DNA of 64,000 bases from the human T2T-CHM13v2.0 reference genome, Homo sapiens. The stretch lies in assembly GCA_009914755.4 (NCBI GenBank), contig CP068257.2, positions 25,600,001-25,664,000 on the forward strand, in the 5' to 3' direction. The notes under the pieces were generated by a model. It ran no database searches. It was not told the origin of the DNA and was given only the letters and a program-made list of their open reading frames with translations. A program made the position numbers and the translations under genes. Below are positions 1 through 13,659 of this stretch, piece after piece (position 1 is the stretch's first letter; every line of letters begins with the position of its first letter).

Positions 1-127
1 TTTAGTGAGTTTAAATGTTCTTTAAAATTTTTATATAAATTATGCATATTAGAAAATATAATTTTTAAAAATTTTTGCTGCTGTTTTTACAATATTGGTG
101 AAATAATCTTTTTTTTCCCTTCAAGGT

Positions 128-488
128 TTTATTAGTCCATTTTCCCATTGCTGATAAAGACATAACTGAGACTGGACAATTTACAAAAGAAAGAGGTTTA
201 ATGGACTCAGAGTTTCACATGGCTGGGGAGGCCTCACAATCATGGTGGAAGGTAAAAAGCACGTCTCACGTGGTGGCAGACAAGAGAAGAGAGAACTTGT
301 GTAGGGAAACTCCTCTATATAAAACTGTCAGATCTTGCGAGACTTATTCACTATCACAAGAATAGCACGGGAAAGACCTGCCCTCATGATTTAAATACCT
401 CCCACTGGGTTCCTCCCACAACATGTGGAAATTGTGGGAGCTACAATTCAAGATGAGATTTGGGTAGGGATACAGCCAAACCATATCA
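128..488 (-). mobile_element. Solo LTR of the ERVL-MaLR family (THE1/MST type)
   Basis: In minus orientation it shows the diagnostic LTR termini: it ends '...gggatacagccaaaccatatca', the reverse complement of the 5' 'TGATATGGTTTGGCTGT...' terminus. It begins 'ttattagtccattttcc...gataaagacataactgagactgg...aaagaggtttaatggactca...catggctggggaggcctcacaatcatggtggaagg'. Confidence 0.7.
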
Positions 489-1214
489 TAGGGGATGTCC
501 CTCTCCTATTAACATTTTTTAAAATTAAGCCCTTAGTGAATCCACTATCCTGAAGTTCTTCCATCCTACTGTTCTCAAAGCAGACACTAAAACTAAGGCT
601 TAAATGCAAATGGTTTATTTTGGTCTGTGATTGGGAATTAAAGGAAAAAGGAGTGAAGGTAACCAGGAGGCACTCTGGAATTGAGTTGATGCCACTGTGA
701 ACAACTGGGCTTGGATTCTACTGGGCACTTCTGAGATGCTCTTAAAAATGCACCTCAGAATTGTCTGCTCAACTTCACTGCAGGAAGGGAGGATTAGCTC
801 TTGGGCTCCCCTTCTCCATTTAATAAATTTTGCCTCACCGGGCATTAGCTCCCTCATAAGCCCAAGTTGCACAAGGGCCAGAGGTAAAAGGCATACAATG
901 CAGCTGAAGTGAAGTGCCACCACATAACACTTGTGCAAAACTGGTGGCTGTGGCAAAAATTAAAGAAAAGGTGATCCATGCAGATGTGAGCAGGGGACAA
1001 GAGTGTCTTACATAGCCTGCTATACTTGGAGAGAACAGAAAATGTATCATAATGCTCCAGCCATTTCATTTGAGTCTCATGCTGAACAAACCTGCTTCCT
1101 CAGCACAGTGAATGAACTCTCAGCTCTGCTATATTTGCTATTTTAATACTTGAGATATGCTTCTTCTATGGAAGATCCACATGTATTGACTCTCCCTCTA
1201 TAGGATGAACACTT

Positions 1215-1800
1215 ACATATTTTGACAGTTAATGATAGGTGTCAACTTGGCTGGATCAAGGAATGTCTAGAAACCTGGTACAGACTTCTTCTGGGGTCTG
1301 TCTGTGAGGGTGTTTTCCCGAGAAGATTTACATGTGAGTTTGAGTGGACTAAGCAGGAAGATCTGCCCTCAGTGTGGGCAGGCATCATCCAATCTACTGG
1401 GGATCCAAAGAGAACAAAAATAGAGAATAGGTGTATGTGTCAATCTATCTGCTACAACAAGAATACACTCTTTCTCTCCTGTCCTTGGACAAATCTGGGC
1501 TCCCCAGCCTTTGGACTTAAGATTTGAACTCCAAAACTTAAGACCAGTGTCCTCCCAGGTTCTCACACCTTTGGCCTCAGACCCTGAGTTACACCATCTG
1601 TTTTCCTGGTTCCAGGCCTTTGGACTTAGACTGAGTCAAGCTACTGGCATCTCAGGGTCTCCAGATTGCAGGTGACCTGTCATGGGACTTCTCAGCCTCT
1701 ATAATCACATAAACCAATCCCCTCATAATTCCTGTCTCATATATTTCTATCTAATCCTATTGATTCTGTCCCTCTGGAAAACCCTGACTGTATCAGTGTT
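1215..1800. mobile_element. Unclassified ancient mammalian interspersed repeat
   Basis: The segment 'cagttaatgataggtgtcaacttggctgg...tcctattgattctgtccctctggaaaaccctgactgtatcag' is a motif I recall from interspersed repeats in several mammalian genomes. I cannot assign a family or orientation from memory. Confidence 0.3.
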
Positions 1801-4553
1801 GATTTATAATTTTTTAAAATAGTCGCAGAAATTCATTTGGGAGAGTAATTTTTGATATCCTCTTAAAAAGTAGGGAACTGAGATCAAATAACTTGTCCAA
1901 AGTTCCTTTGTAACTTTGCCCTTAGTGTCAATATAGTCAGCCCTCCATATCTGCATATTCAACCAACACTGAAGTAGCTTTATTGAGTACAAATGTTCCT
2001 TTTACATTTTTTAAGCACTTGGAAGTTCTCTGAAAAAAATAAATAAATCTGCTAAAAACACAAATTTTTATTGGCTCAAAGTAAATTTTGGTTTTTTGAT
2101 TACATTTTACTAAAAAAAGATGCCAAAATATACTAATCCTGAAAGAAGATCTGATGAGAGAAAAATAACCAATAAACTTAAGTCTGCAGCCATTCTAAGG
2201 GCATTCTGCTACTTTTACTTCCAAGACAAGAATGATTTATCATTAAATATAGTTGAAACTTTATGGTCTTATTTGGCTGTTTACCTCACTCACAAAAATA
2301 ACTGCCCTATACATGACTGTATTTCATTGTCCTAATCTGGTTTCATGTTTTTTGTTGTTATTATTTAGTGTAAAAACTGAATGCTAACCCATGTTCATAT
2401 GTGCATTTTTAAAAGCTATACCTGTTGAAATGTTGGATATTTTCACTAGCTCTCTTTTAGTCATATTAGCCTGTAAAAGTTTATTGAAGACTATTCAATT
2501 ACTGTACATTGTTTCCTGCAAAAAAAAGTATTGAATTTTTTTCTGACCTCCCTTACTGAGAATAATGAAGACCTAGGAGAATAAGGTACTTATATTTCAA
2601 AGTCTCTTAAAGTTATTGCATTTATTTTCTTTCACAAAACAAAAGAAAGCAGGAAAGCAAAACCTAGTTTAAATGAGTTGTTTTAACTAACTACTTCTTG
2701 ACAGCTAAGAAAAATTTCTTCCCAGTTGCCTTCTTTCCAACGTACACCATCTAATTCTTTCATAGACAGTAAGAACACATGGAGAGTGGGGAAGAATGTA
2801 GCTTGCAGAATTTAGTGATTTAATTGGTGGCCTTCTCAAGGGGTGCTACTGGAATTTAGGCAGTTTCTACCAAAGTCACCCAAAACCGAACTTGAACTGG
2901 CTGCATGAAGTTTTCCTACATGTTTGTCATCAAGAGTTCAAGCCACTGCAGCACTTAGAGACCTGACCATTCTACTGAAGAAAAGAAATACTATAGTAAA
3001 CTCTAGTTGGTTGTGAAATGAATGTTTTCAATTGCTAGAAGCTAATGATAAAATTTTTCTAGTAATACATTGATTTTTACATTTACAGATTTCCATAGGA
3101 TTGACAAAGATGCCTCTTCATTTTTGAGAAAAGTCCCTTCATTGCAATATTTTATGAAAAGTTCTATGTGTAACTATTTGGTACAAAGTGTAAATTTAGG
3201 TCTTCTTAAAATGACTCTACCCTTAAATAATTTTGTTTTCAAGGGTCACGTCTCTTGGGTAATGACTAACGTTCTCCTAGTGATTAGTAATAACAATTAT
3301 GTAGAATGGTGATTCTTGGTGACTTTCTGTCCCACTGAATGAAACAACATATTTCAAAATCAAGACTCTGGGACATTTGGTTCTTCTAAGTCACATTTTT
3401 TCCCCAGTATATAAAGTCAAATTTTTATGTAATTTTATATAAATCACTTTTAAATAAAAAAAATTAATAAAATATCAACAAGAATAATTGCTTATTAGTG
3501 TCTTCTTGAAATCTCTAAATTACCATTTGAAAATTGTTTTTCAATGTTTTTGGCTATGTAATCATTAGAATAAAAACTACGTTTCTGTTTAATCATTTGG
3601 ACATCTGGACCAAGCATCTGGAAATTTTAGTCAATTGTTTTTTTTCCTTGATCCAATTTTTCTGCAGTTGTTTGGTGCAGTAAAGATATCACGAGTGGAA
3701 TACATCAAGTTTGCATTCTTATCACTTTCTCTACATCTGTTACTGACATGATTTTCAGCCAGCTTCTATGTAGGCAGAAGCCAGTTTCTGGGCCTATTTT
3801 GAAACCTTGAGTTAGTTATCGTGGTTAATAAAGAGATGCAAAAAGAAACTTGCTGGACACAGAAATAATAATAGACTTATAGTGCACTACTTTAGTACTA
3901 TGCTCCAGCCTCTATACGATGCAAGGTTGGTAATGTACTAAGAGCTGTTGGCTTTGAGATTCATTAGCTATTTAATATTGGAAAAATCACTTAAATTTTG
4001 TGAGACTTAGTTCCAAAATCTACAAAATATAAGGGTAACAGAGTACATTCTTTTTTATTGTGGTTAAAAACACGAGATCTACTCTCAACACATGTTTGTG
4101 TGTGGTACAGTGTTGTGAACTATAAACACAATGTTGTGCAGTAGATCTGAAAAACTTTTTCATCTTGAGTACTGAAACCTTATACCCATTGAGTAGCAAC
4201 TCCTCATTTCCCACAGTTCATTTTTAAAGTCTCTTCTACGTCTGAATTTCATTTCTGAAAATTTCACATATATGTTTCAACCAACATTATAATCCAATAA
4301 TATTTACTTAGTTCATATATATATGTTCCTTAATTTGTTTTGAGCAATACTATATGATACTGTTCAAAACCAATTAAAGAACATGACTTTTCATAGCTAG
4401 AGATCTTAGATTTCTAACAGCTGATTCTTATTTGAGCAAACAGAAAAAGGTACAAATACAGAACTATATACTTCTTCTACTGACCAGGAGATGATGCAGC
4501 AAGCTCTTTCCCAGCCCAAAATGCATGCAGCTTATCACACTTAGCTGCCTGAA

Positions 4554-4712
4554 CTTTTTTTTTATGGAGATGGGATCTCACTTGTTGCTCAGGCTGTAGT
4601 GCAGCAGCTTTTCACAGATGTGATAACAGAGCATTGAAGCCTCAAACCCCTGGCCTCAAACAGTCCTCCCAACTCAGCCTATCAAGTTGCTAGGACTACA
4701 GGCACTCATTGT
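4554..4712 (-). mobile_element. Diverged Alu-like fragment (FLAM/AluJ-like, about one monomer)
   Basis: A T-run is followed by 'gagatgggatctcacttgttgctcaggctg...agtcctcccaactcagcctatcaagttgctaggactacaggcactcattgtgcctggc'. This is the reverse complement of the Alu left-arm consensus with many substitutions. Confidence 0.45.
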
Positions 4713-5189
4713 GCCTGGCTAAGTGTCTGAACATTTTGTCTACAAGAATATTTTTTGCATACAAGACTGGGGCAGAAAATTACCATTCCACTTCTATTTA
4801 TTTATGGTAGGATAAAAAGCACAAAATTAAAAGTTTAGGAAACACATTGCAATAATAGATTTTCTACACAGGTAAGAAATTTCATTAAAGTACAATTTAA
4901 AATATGTGAATAGATCAAAATAATAAACTTATGTTGAAATCAACCAGAACACCTTCAGATACTTGACATTATTTTTTTAATAATTAGAGGAAGGCACAAA
5001 CACACTCTCTGTTTTTCTTTCTTTTTACATACAAATACACACACATACACACACACAATTGGAGCACAGCTAAGTGTCCATTAGTGCTCATTTTCTACTT
5101 TTATTTTCCTCTGTAAATTTCCTCTGCTATCTCAGGATTCTTTAATTTAGCAAAGTGATGTCTTTGGAGCAACACTCAAGTGCTCCTCC

Positions 5190-5368
5190 ATTTAAATTTG
5201 AATTCTGACTCAGCCATGTCCTAACTATGTGACCACTATAAAAGTCATTTTGTCTCTCTGTAAAATGTGGATGGTGATGACTAGGTTGTTACAAAGGTAA
5301 ATGAGTTAGTAAATATTTAGTGCTTAGAACAGTGTCTAGCCTTCAGGAAGTGCTCAACAAATGTTAGT
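5190..5368 (+). mobile_element. MIR SINE fragment
   Basis: 'ctctgtaaaatgtggatggtgatgactaggttgttacaaaggtaaatgagttagtaaatatttagtgcttagaacagtgtctagcc...gtgctcaacaaatgttagt' matches the MIR core and 3' consensus ('catctgtaaaatgggg...gcgcttagcacagtgcctggcacatagtaagcgctcaataaatgttag'). Confidence 0.6.
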
Positions 5369-5456
5369 GTTTTTTAGTATGATGTTAGACACCCCTCAGT
5401 AGGACAGGACAAATTTTGGAAGAGGAAGGTAAAAGAATGCTCCGTTATAATGAGTA

Positions 5457-6200
5457 CCGTAAAAGTCCCCTCTTATCCACAGTTTCACTTTCTAAGATTT
5501 CAGTTATTGGCGGTCAACCACGATCCTAAGTTATTAAACAGATAATTTCAGAAATAAACTATTTCTAAGTTTCAATTGTGTGCTATTCTGCGGAGCATTA
5601 GGGAAACTCATACTATTCTGCTTCTTCCCAGCCTTCTTGCCTGGGATGTGAATCATCCTTTTGTCCAGCGCTTCAGCACTGTAGACACTACCCACCCCTT
5701 AGTCACTTAGTAACTATCTAGGTTCCACTAGCTGCAATCCATGGTGATATCACAGAGTTTATGTTCGAGTAGCCCTTATTTGACTTAATCATGGCCCCAA
5801 AACACAAAGGTAGTAATTCTGGCAATTTGTATATGCCAAAGACAAGCTGTAAAATTTCTCCTTTAAGCAAAAAGGTGAAAGTTCTTAACTTAGTAAGGAA
5901 GAAAAAAACATTGTATGCTGAACTTGCTAGACCTACTGCAAAGACAAATCTAACCGCAAGATGGTGAAGAAGGAAAAAGAAATTTGTGCCAGTTTTGGTG
6001 TTGCACATCAAACTAGAACAATTACAGCCACAATGCATGACAAAGGCTTAGTTAAGATAGAAAAAGGATTAAATTTTTAGTTGGAAGGCATGAACTGATA
6101 CTTGTGCAAATTGATGGGAATTGGGTTCAGTACTATCCATGCTTTCAGGCATCCACTGGAGCTTTGGATCATATCCTTGGTGAATAAGCGGGGACTACTG
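5457..6200 (+). mobile_element. Internally deleted Tigger (pogo-superfamily) DNA transposon with degenerate transposase N-terminus
   Basis: Its ends are imperfect inverted repeats, 'ccgtaaaagtcccctcttatccac' on the left and 'gtgaataagcggggactactg' on the right. Each is flanked by a TA dinucleotide (5455-5456 and 6201-6202). The + strand at 5808-5950 translates to 'SGNLYMPKTSCKISPLSKKVKVLNLVRKKKTLYAELARPTAKTNLTAR'. After a frameshift it continues 'MVKKEKEICASFGVAHQTRTITATMHDKGLVKIEKGLNF*LEGMN'. This matches the Tigger/pogo CENP-B-like HTH N-terminus (recalled as ...SGNLDMPKRSRKVLPLSEKVKVLDLIRKEKKSYAEVAKIYGKNESSIREIVKKEKEIRASFAVAPQTAKVTATVRDKCLVKMEKALNLWVEDMN...). Confidence 0.7.
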
Positions 6201-6778
6201 TAATGAGGATAGACAGCTCTACTAGGTGGCAAACTTTGGATGTTTTCAGTTACCCTCATATTTTATACATTTGGAAAATGAGGTCCAGAGAATTTAAGCA
6301 ACTTTCTGTTATTAAATGCTTAATTAATCCCAAATTCTAAAACACACATTTTAAAATATAAAAGTCATAATATAATAATTCAGCACTTAAGTCTTCAAAT
6401 ATTGTGAGGAATGCTAATGGTTGAAACCAGAACCCTCTAGGAGTTGAGATTGAGGTTACTTTAAAGTTTCAGGCTCTGTCTCAATGGTTTGCCTCATGCA
6501 AGTGGGTCCAGTGTACAGAATTACATTAAAAAGACTCCAATTTTTGAAAAGAAGATGATAAACTAATGTAAGTTTTCTGTCCACATATTGCAAATAGAAG
6601 CAAGAAAGAAAAAGAGGCTAGGCAGAAAAACCAAGAGAGGTCATCAATTTTGTGAGCTTAGCTATGACTTAGTGACTTAGTTCACAAAGTGAAAGTACTG
6701 AAAAAAAAAAAAGCCTTCAGAAGCGAGACCAACATTGTCATCTAGTCCTATACCTTGATACTGAATCTTATTATAATA

Positions 6779-6860
6779 CAGTTGACCATTGAACAACATG
6801 GGGTTGACCTACACAAGTTCACTTACACATGGATTTATTTTTCAATAAAAGTTATATGTG
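6779..6860 (+). mobile_element. Tigger2-type terminal inverted repeat fragment (orphan 5' terminus)
   Basis: 'TA|cagttgaccattgaacaacatggggttgacctacacaagttcacttacacatggatttatttttcaataaa' matches the Tigger2/MER28-type terminus 'CAGTTGACCCTTGAACAACACGGGTTTGAACTGCGCGGGTCCACTTATACGCGGATTTTTTTCAATAAA'. A TA lies immediately upstream. The element's extent to the right is unclear. Confidence 0.55.
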
Positions 6861-8280
6861 TGCCTGCTTCTTCTGCCTCCCCTTCCACCTCCTCCACCTC
6901 TTCTGCCTCTACCTTCCGAGACAGCAAGACAAACCCTTCTTCTCTCTCCTCCTCCTCAGCCTATTCAATGTGAAGACAAGATGAAGACCTTTATGAGGAT
7001 CCACTTCCATTTAATAAATGGAATGACTTAAGACTTTTATCTTCTTTATGATTTTTCTAATAGCATTTGCTTTTCTATAGCCTACTTTAGCCTATCTTGC
7101 CTTAACTCTTTGAGACTACGTAGTCTTTTGGTGCTGCTTCCCTCTGTAACACATCATTTCTTGTGCTCCTTTTGAGCCAGATTTTGGATTCATTTGCAAA
7201 TCACCTAGCATGGCTGAACTAAAAGGATGCTATTATTTTCTGAATCTACATGAGCTGCCAGATCTACTGCTCACAAATAAAGTACTATGGGCTCTCTGTT
7301 CAGAACTGATTTGCTCAGGTAGATCAGACGATTAACCCAGTTCCATTAACCATTACAAGGGTGGATCTCCTCGGATATGTGGATACAGAAAAGAAGCCTT
7401 CCATGCTGGGGGGGCAATTTGTAGTGGTGGGTCATCAGAGGAGCAGGAATTCCTAAATAAATATACCGTATATCTTCTCTTCTAGCCACTGAACAGCACT
7501 GAGAGAATAAATGGCCCAGCCCTGACTTTTGGGTTCCCATAGCAATGTGTTTATGTTCTTACTTTGGTCATAGCACTAACCATAACATATTATGCTCATG
7601 TATTTATCACACTGTCATCCCAAGCAATTTGTGAACTCCTCGACACCAAGGATTGAGTCCTATTTATTCTTGTACTCCTGGCAGATCTCACAGTGTTTTT
7701 TACATAGTAGATCCTCAAAATGTGATGTTGACCTAATTTTCCATGGTGAGTCATTGAATCAATTATAACACTCAGTGAACTGTTTAGATGGAAAAGAACT
7801 TCCATGTGATGTAAGGGGTCAAATGTAGGTAGGGAAGCTGCAGATTATTTATAGTATCACATTTGATGCAGCTTAGAACAGAAATCATGACTTTTCACTT
7901 TATCCTCAGAGTCACTTTGCTGAGAAGGCATAAAGTGGCCAGGATTGATAGTTTTACAACATGATAATCAGCCAGGGTTTACAAGGCACTCTGCACAACT
8001 CTGAAATACGCTGCCATTTTTATTCTCTCCTGCAGGATGTACATTGCACATACTAAAGGCACTGAGTTACAGGGCACTCTTTCAGTTTGTTTCTACTAGA
8101 AGTTTCCAAATGAGTTTGAGCATAGACTCTCTCTCTATACCAAACACTACCTCTTGCCCTCATAAGAAATTAGCATTGTACAAAACACATTTTTCAAGAT
8201 GGTGGTTCTAAGTCATTGGTCAAAACCACATTGGCATATGGGGATCAGAAGAAAACAGTGCCAAAAGAATAAGAAGACCA

Positions 8281-8722
<442 letters not shown>

Positions 8723-8918
8723 TCACTAATGCACAGGGATCTGCAGGTAAAATCTGGGGGGAACATTTTAGTAAAAACGTAAAGGTATAAAGGACATTTG
8801 CTGATACCCAAGTCAACTGGGTGACTCTCTTATTTACAGATCTTTGGGACATGAATTGCTCCATATCTAGGCCTGCATACACAAATAGATATGCTCTTAT
8901 TAGAAATGTATTGGTGCA

Positions 8919-9225
8919 GGCCAAGCGTGGTGGCTCACACCTGTAATCCCAGCACTTTGGGAGGCTGAGGCGGGTGGATAACTTGAGCTTAGGAATTCAA
9001 GACCAGCCTGGCCAACATGGGGGAAACCCACCTCTACTAAAAATACAAAAAAATTAGCCGGGCATGGTGGCACATGCCTGTAGTCCCAGATACTTGGGAG
9101 GCTGAGGCACGAGAATTGTTTGAACCCAGGAGGTGGAGGTTGCAGTGAGGCAAAGATCATGCCACTGTGCTCCAGCCTCAGCTATAGAGTAAGACCCTGT
9201 CTTGTCTCAAAAAAGAAAGGAAAAA
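8919..9225 (+). mobile_element. Alu SINE (AluS-like) with about 16-bp TSD
   Basis: 'ggccaagcgtggtggctcacacctgtaatcccagcactttgggaggctgagg...aagaccagcctggccaacatgg...' ends in an A-rich tail. The TSD 'gaaatgtattggtgca' at 8903-8918 reappears as 'gaaatgtattatgtgca' at 9226-9242. Confidence 0.85.
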
Positions 9226-12200
9226 GAAATGTATTATGTGCAAAGCATTACACAAGACATTTGGAGAAATGCATAAGCACATTCTTACAGGTCATTTTGG
9301 TAGACCACAAATATATGTTTGAAAAAAAATCAAAGAAATAATTCATCCCAATGTATGGGAAGTGACAAATTAGAAGCAGAATAAATAGGGGCATTGAAAG
9401 TTCAGAGATGGGAGGGAGGAATCACTGTGGCCCATGACTTTCTGAGAATGATTTACCAGGGAAGATGGGTTTTATTTAGAATCCAAAGGCTGGGTAAAAT
9501 TTTGGTAATCGGCAAGGAAAGAGGAGGACATTTTAGTGCTGGTGATTAATGTGAGTAAAGGTAGAGATGCTAGGCTGTGTAAGAAGTGTTTGTGATCAGG
9601 ATGACGGAAATTTTTAAAAATGTTTCAAATTTAAAAAATAAAAAGGGTAGAGGGAGTAACGTCCAGACTGCTGTGGGTGAAACCTTGATTCTATCCTACA
9701 GAAAGAGGAACTATTAAATATTTTTGAAAAATAAAAATGTAACAGGACAAAAATGGTGGATAAAAATCAATGGGTAGTAATGTGGATCACAGGTTACATA
9801 AAAGAGAGGACCTAAATGAAGTGATTTTAAAAATAAACAGCTCTTTGTGCCTTATTTATATTTTTTCAAGTCAAAATCTTCAGAGAAAAAGCCAAATGAA
9901 AAGGACAAAGCAGGAAAGTATTTCTTGAGATGTACTTATAGAACCCAATAGGTATTTAAAAAGAAAAAGAAAAAGAAAAAAAAAAAAAGAAATGTATTTA
10001 TAATGTCAAGGTAGTAAAATCCAGCAGAAAGATGAGAGAACAAATGTTTGGCTCAATCAGCATTAAGGGACGTGGATTAGGGAGTATCTAGAATAAACCT
10101 AATCTTACTCTGGTAAACCCTTAAAGTGGTTTTAATTTTCCAGGTAGATTCAGAGTACAGCAAGCAAATAGAGACTGAACCTCGAGGAACACTGACAGTT
10201 TGGAGGTAGAGATTCATAACAAGCTTTACCCTCCAAAGCAGTTTGAACTCTTTCAAAGATATCTCATGATCCGATTTCTTGACTGCAACTCTTATTATTG
10301 TTTCTATTTTTCTACAGGGGCGCGTCTTTCAACTCTTCTATGTGTCTGGTCTAATCCACCTTTCCTTTGGCCTCTCATCTCAAGATACTCTCAGCGTCTT
10401 CTTATAATTTCTTGTCAAATTAGCACATTCTCTTTTTTTTCCCCTCCTAAGTAGTTTCCTCCTCACTCATCCCTGAAGTAGGCTTTTCATCAATTAGTTT
10501 TTTTTGTTTATAGTACAGACATGGAATACTTAGTAATGTCCCAAGAGTACTCTCATCTCAGCTAAGCATGGTGTATTTACAATACTCCTACAATTGGAAG
10601 CAAAGATGGTTTCATCTCAGGACTAAACATTAGTTACTTTTAATGCATCTGTTTCATTTTTACTTTAAAAGAGGTAATATTACTGTAATTACATTAAATG
10701 TCTACTTTAATACCATGCCTTTAAAAGCAAGACAAATTAAAATTCCTTTCTTTCTAGAACAAGAATTGATATGTCGCTCCTGCTGATAAGAGAAGCTCTC
10801 TAGGGAGTATGGAGGCAAGAAACGCTTGATAGTCAGAGAAGCTTATTGGAGAAAGATTCTAGCCTTCTGTAAAATATAAAAATCATGTGAGACAAAAAGC
10901 CAAAAGATTTTTAGGAAAATGGAAAAGGTACATTAATGAAATAATGCTGAAACTTTACTTCATTAAGTTTATTCATTTATTCCTCATCTTTCCCACCTCT
11001 ACCTACAGCCACAAATAGCTTTTCAAATTTTGCCCAAAACCAGTTTGCAATATTTATCAGGCGAATTTAATTTTCATTGTTTCCAAATACAGCACTCAAA
11101 AAATCCCACAAAAGGTTGTACTGAACAATCAACCTCTAAAAGGAAAAACAAAATCCATACCTGTTATAAATGTCTTTCTCTATACCTGGACATTTTTGCT
11201 ATTATCTTGAATTTTCTAAGAAATGTATTCAGTTCTCTAGAACTAGAACACCAATTCACATCCACTGATATACTTCCACTGGGTTTGTTCTTCATTTGCT
11301 ATATAGATAGTATGAGATACTCATGATGTTAACCCTTTTAAACACCACCAACCACAAAAAAATGGTACCCATGTACTTTTGGAGAATGGACAATAATCCT
11401 TATAATGGGATTCAGTATGTAAAATTTAGAAATATCGCACTTTTGGCAATCTTTGTATATCCCAAAATACAAAGCACTGCTAGTAAAAGCAATTTTCAAT
11501 AGCGGAGACATTTGTCTTTTGAATATAAATCACCAAATCATTTGTGACATCTAGGCAGTTTTATTTGTTCAGATATCAATCTATATGTGAATACTGAGTG
11601 TGGAAGGGTTGCTTATAAAGTTGATAATAAAAGCAATAATGGGTAGACTGACAATATTTTGATAATGTCACCAAAATCTGGTGCTATATGGTTTGAATTT
11701 TATGTGACATGTAAAGAATGTGGTCATCAAAACAAGGATAGAAAAGGATATGACGTTTCCCTGCCCCTACCTCATTATGAAAAAGTAGTCTTACATTTTA
11801 GAAAAGATAAATGTATTAATATGTTACACTTCAAATGTTGTTCTCTGCTGCGCAGCGAAATTTGATCAGGAAGCTGCCAATAATAAATTCCGGTTGACAA
11901 ATAGCAAATTCTACCGGGCTGAAACAAAACTCAGTTCTGAAAATCGTCAGAGAAATCTTTGTGAGTTGTAGAAAACTACGTAAGTTTAAATTCAGAAATA
12001 CTGATTTCCACAATAATTAATTCTGCTTTATTCAAAAGAACCAATATTTATTAGACTATAGCAGGTTTTTTGATGTAGAGTTTAATACTATGGCAAATTT
12101 ACCTGAGTACTCTTTTTGTATTTGCTATTTAATATATACAATTTTATAAATCAGAAGACCTTATTTATAGTTCTATAAAATCTATCATATCGTATCTTTT

Positions 12201-12639
12201 TTCTTTCAAGAAATATATAAGATTGATATTTCTTCCTTTCTTCTCATTTTTTGTCATGACAACTTTTCCAGATACAATGCCATGTGAGCATTCCCAACCT
12301 GCTTAACTGATGGGAAGAGATAAAATTTTTTAAAATGTTTGGGCAAAATCTGGGTCAATTTCTACTTTCAAATAAATCACTACAACAACTTTTATTTACT
12401 AAAATGTAGCATATGCTAGTTATTTTAGAAAATTTACGACAATGTTATATAGCTAGTTAATTTCAAAATTAAGATTCAAAATATTTATGTTCTTTCATGA
12501 ATTACAGGAACTAAGTAGCAATTGCTTACAGAGAAAAATAATGTAACAAAATTTATCGCCACTAATTTTGAAACCCTGTGTGGGCTCCTGCCCTAGCCCA
12601 CACTCTTTCTCCTTCATTCAGAGGTAAATACAATTCTAA

Positions 12640-13175
12640 ATAATGTGTTCATCCTTCTTTTTTCCTTTGTTTTGCTTTTATCACGTATGTTAGATTCCCT
12701 AAGCCAAATGATATTTAGTTTTCAAAGCCTTGTACTTTATACAGGTAGGATTTTGTCTGCATTATCCTGTGATTTGATCTTTTGTTTAAGCATTATGATC
12801 CTGGGATTCATTTATGTTATCTTGTGTGTACTTTATTAAGTTTTCAGGCCTGGATTATATTCCATTCCATGCATATACATCAAGATATTTGTTTACTCCA
12901 TTGTGGATGAATTTGGGTTTCTTTCCAAGATTTGTCTTTTAAGAACAGTGTTATTGTGAATATTCCTATACATGTTTTCTGATTCACAGATATAGATTCT
13001 CTAGGACATTGGATTTTATACTTTTGACTATAAAATGCATTTTATTCAACAACCCTATCTAAACATATTGTATAGTGTATAGGAATGAGTTATGTATGTG
13101 TTTGTAAAACTAAAACCAAAATAATATAAAATATACCATTAAAATTTCTATTCTACCTACTCTATTCTACTTAGT
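12640..13175 (+). mobile_element. Diverged LINE-1 ORF2 3'-region fragment (old L1M/L1P type)
   Basis: '...tttactccattgtggatgaatttgggtttctttccaagatttgtcttttaagaacagtgttattgtgaatattcctatacatgttttctg...' aligns by eye to L1 ORF2 '...tttatccattcatctgttgatggacacttaggttgattccatgtctttgctattgtgaatagtgctgcaataaacatacgtgtgcatgtgtcttt...'. Boundaries are approximate. Confidence 0.45.
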
Positions 13176-13659
13176 TCTATTTAATTAAAACAAACAAACA
13201 AATGAACAAAAACAACAACAACAACCATGCTGGTCTTGAGCCACTGGAAATCTTGAGCCGACACTAAGTTGTAACCTTTGGTTTCAACACATTGCTCTGT
13301 GATATATTTGGCTGCTTTAAGGTATATTGAAGAGTGGAATTAGGAGGCTTAGCATATTTTAGGCCGGATAAGTTACACAAGTGGTGGTAAAACAATCACC
13401 CAAACATATTGGAGTCCTCACTGTAGTAACTTTTACATCTCAACACTCATGTAACCTCTGCTACAGGAAAGGAGTGGCGCTTATATCCACATAGACACAG
13501 ACCCAGATTTACCATGGGTCCTCCAGGGACAAGATAGACCCATGGGTTGTGCATTTTTGTGACTAATGTTTCTTTTGCTCACCGCTCAGTAAGTAAAATC
13601 TAGCAGGAAATGTGGCCTATCAGATGAATATCTGGTGAATGCTACTGTCTTTGCCACAG

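Noticed and set aside
5718-6038. 106-aa minus-strand ORF overlapping the Tigger fossil
   Set aside because: It is antisense to the real transposase-derived reading frame, which is itself interrupted by stops and a frameshift. It is not a functional gene.
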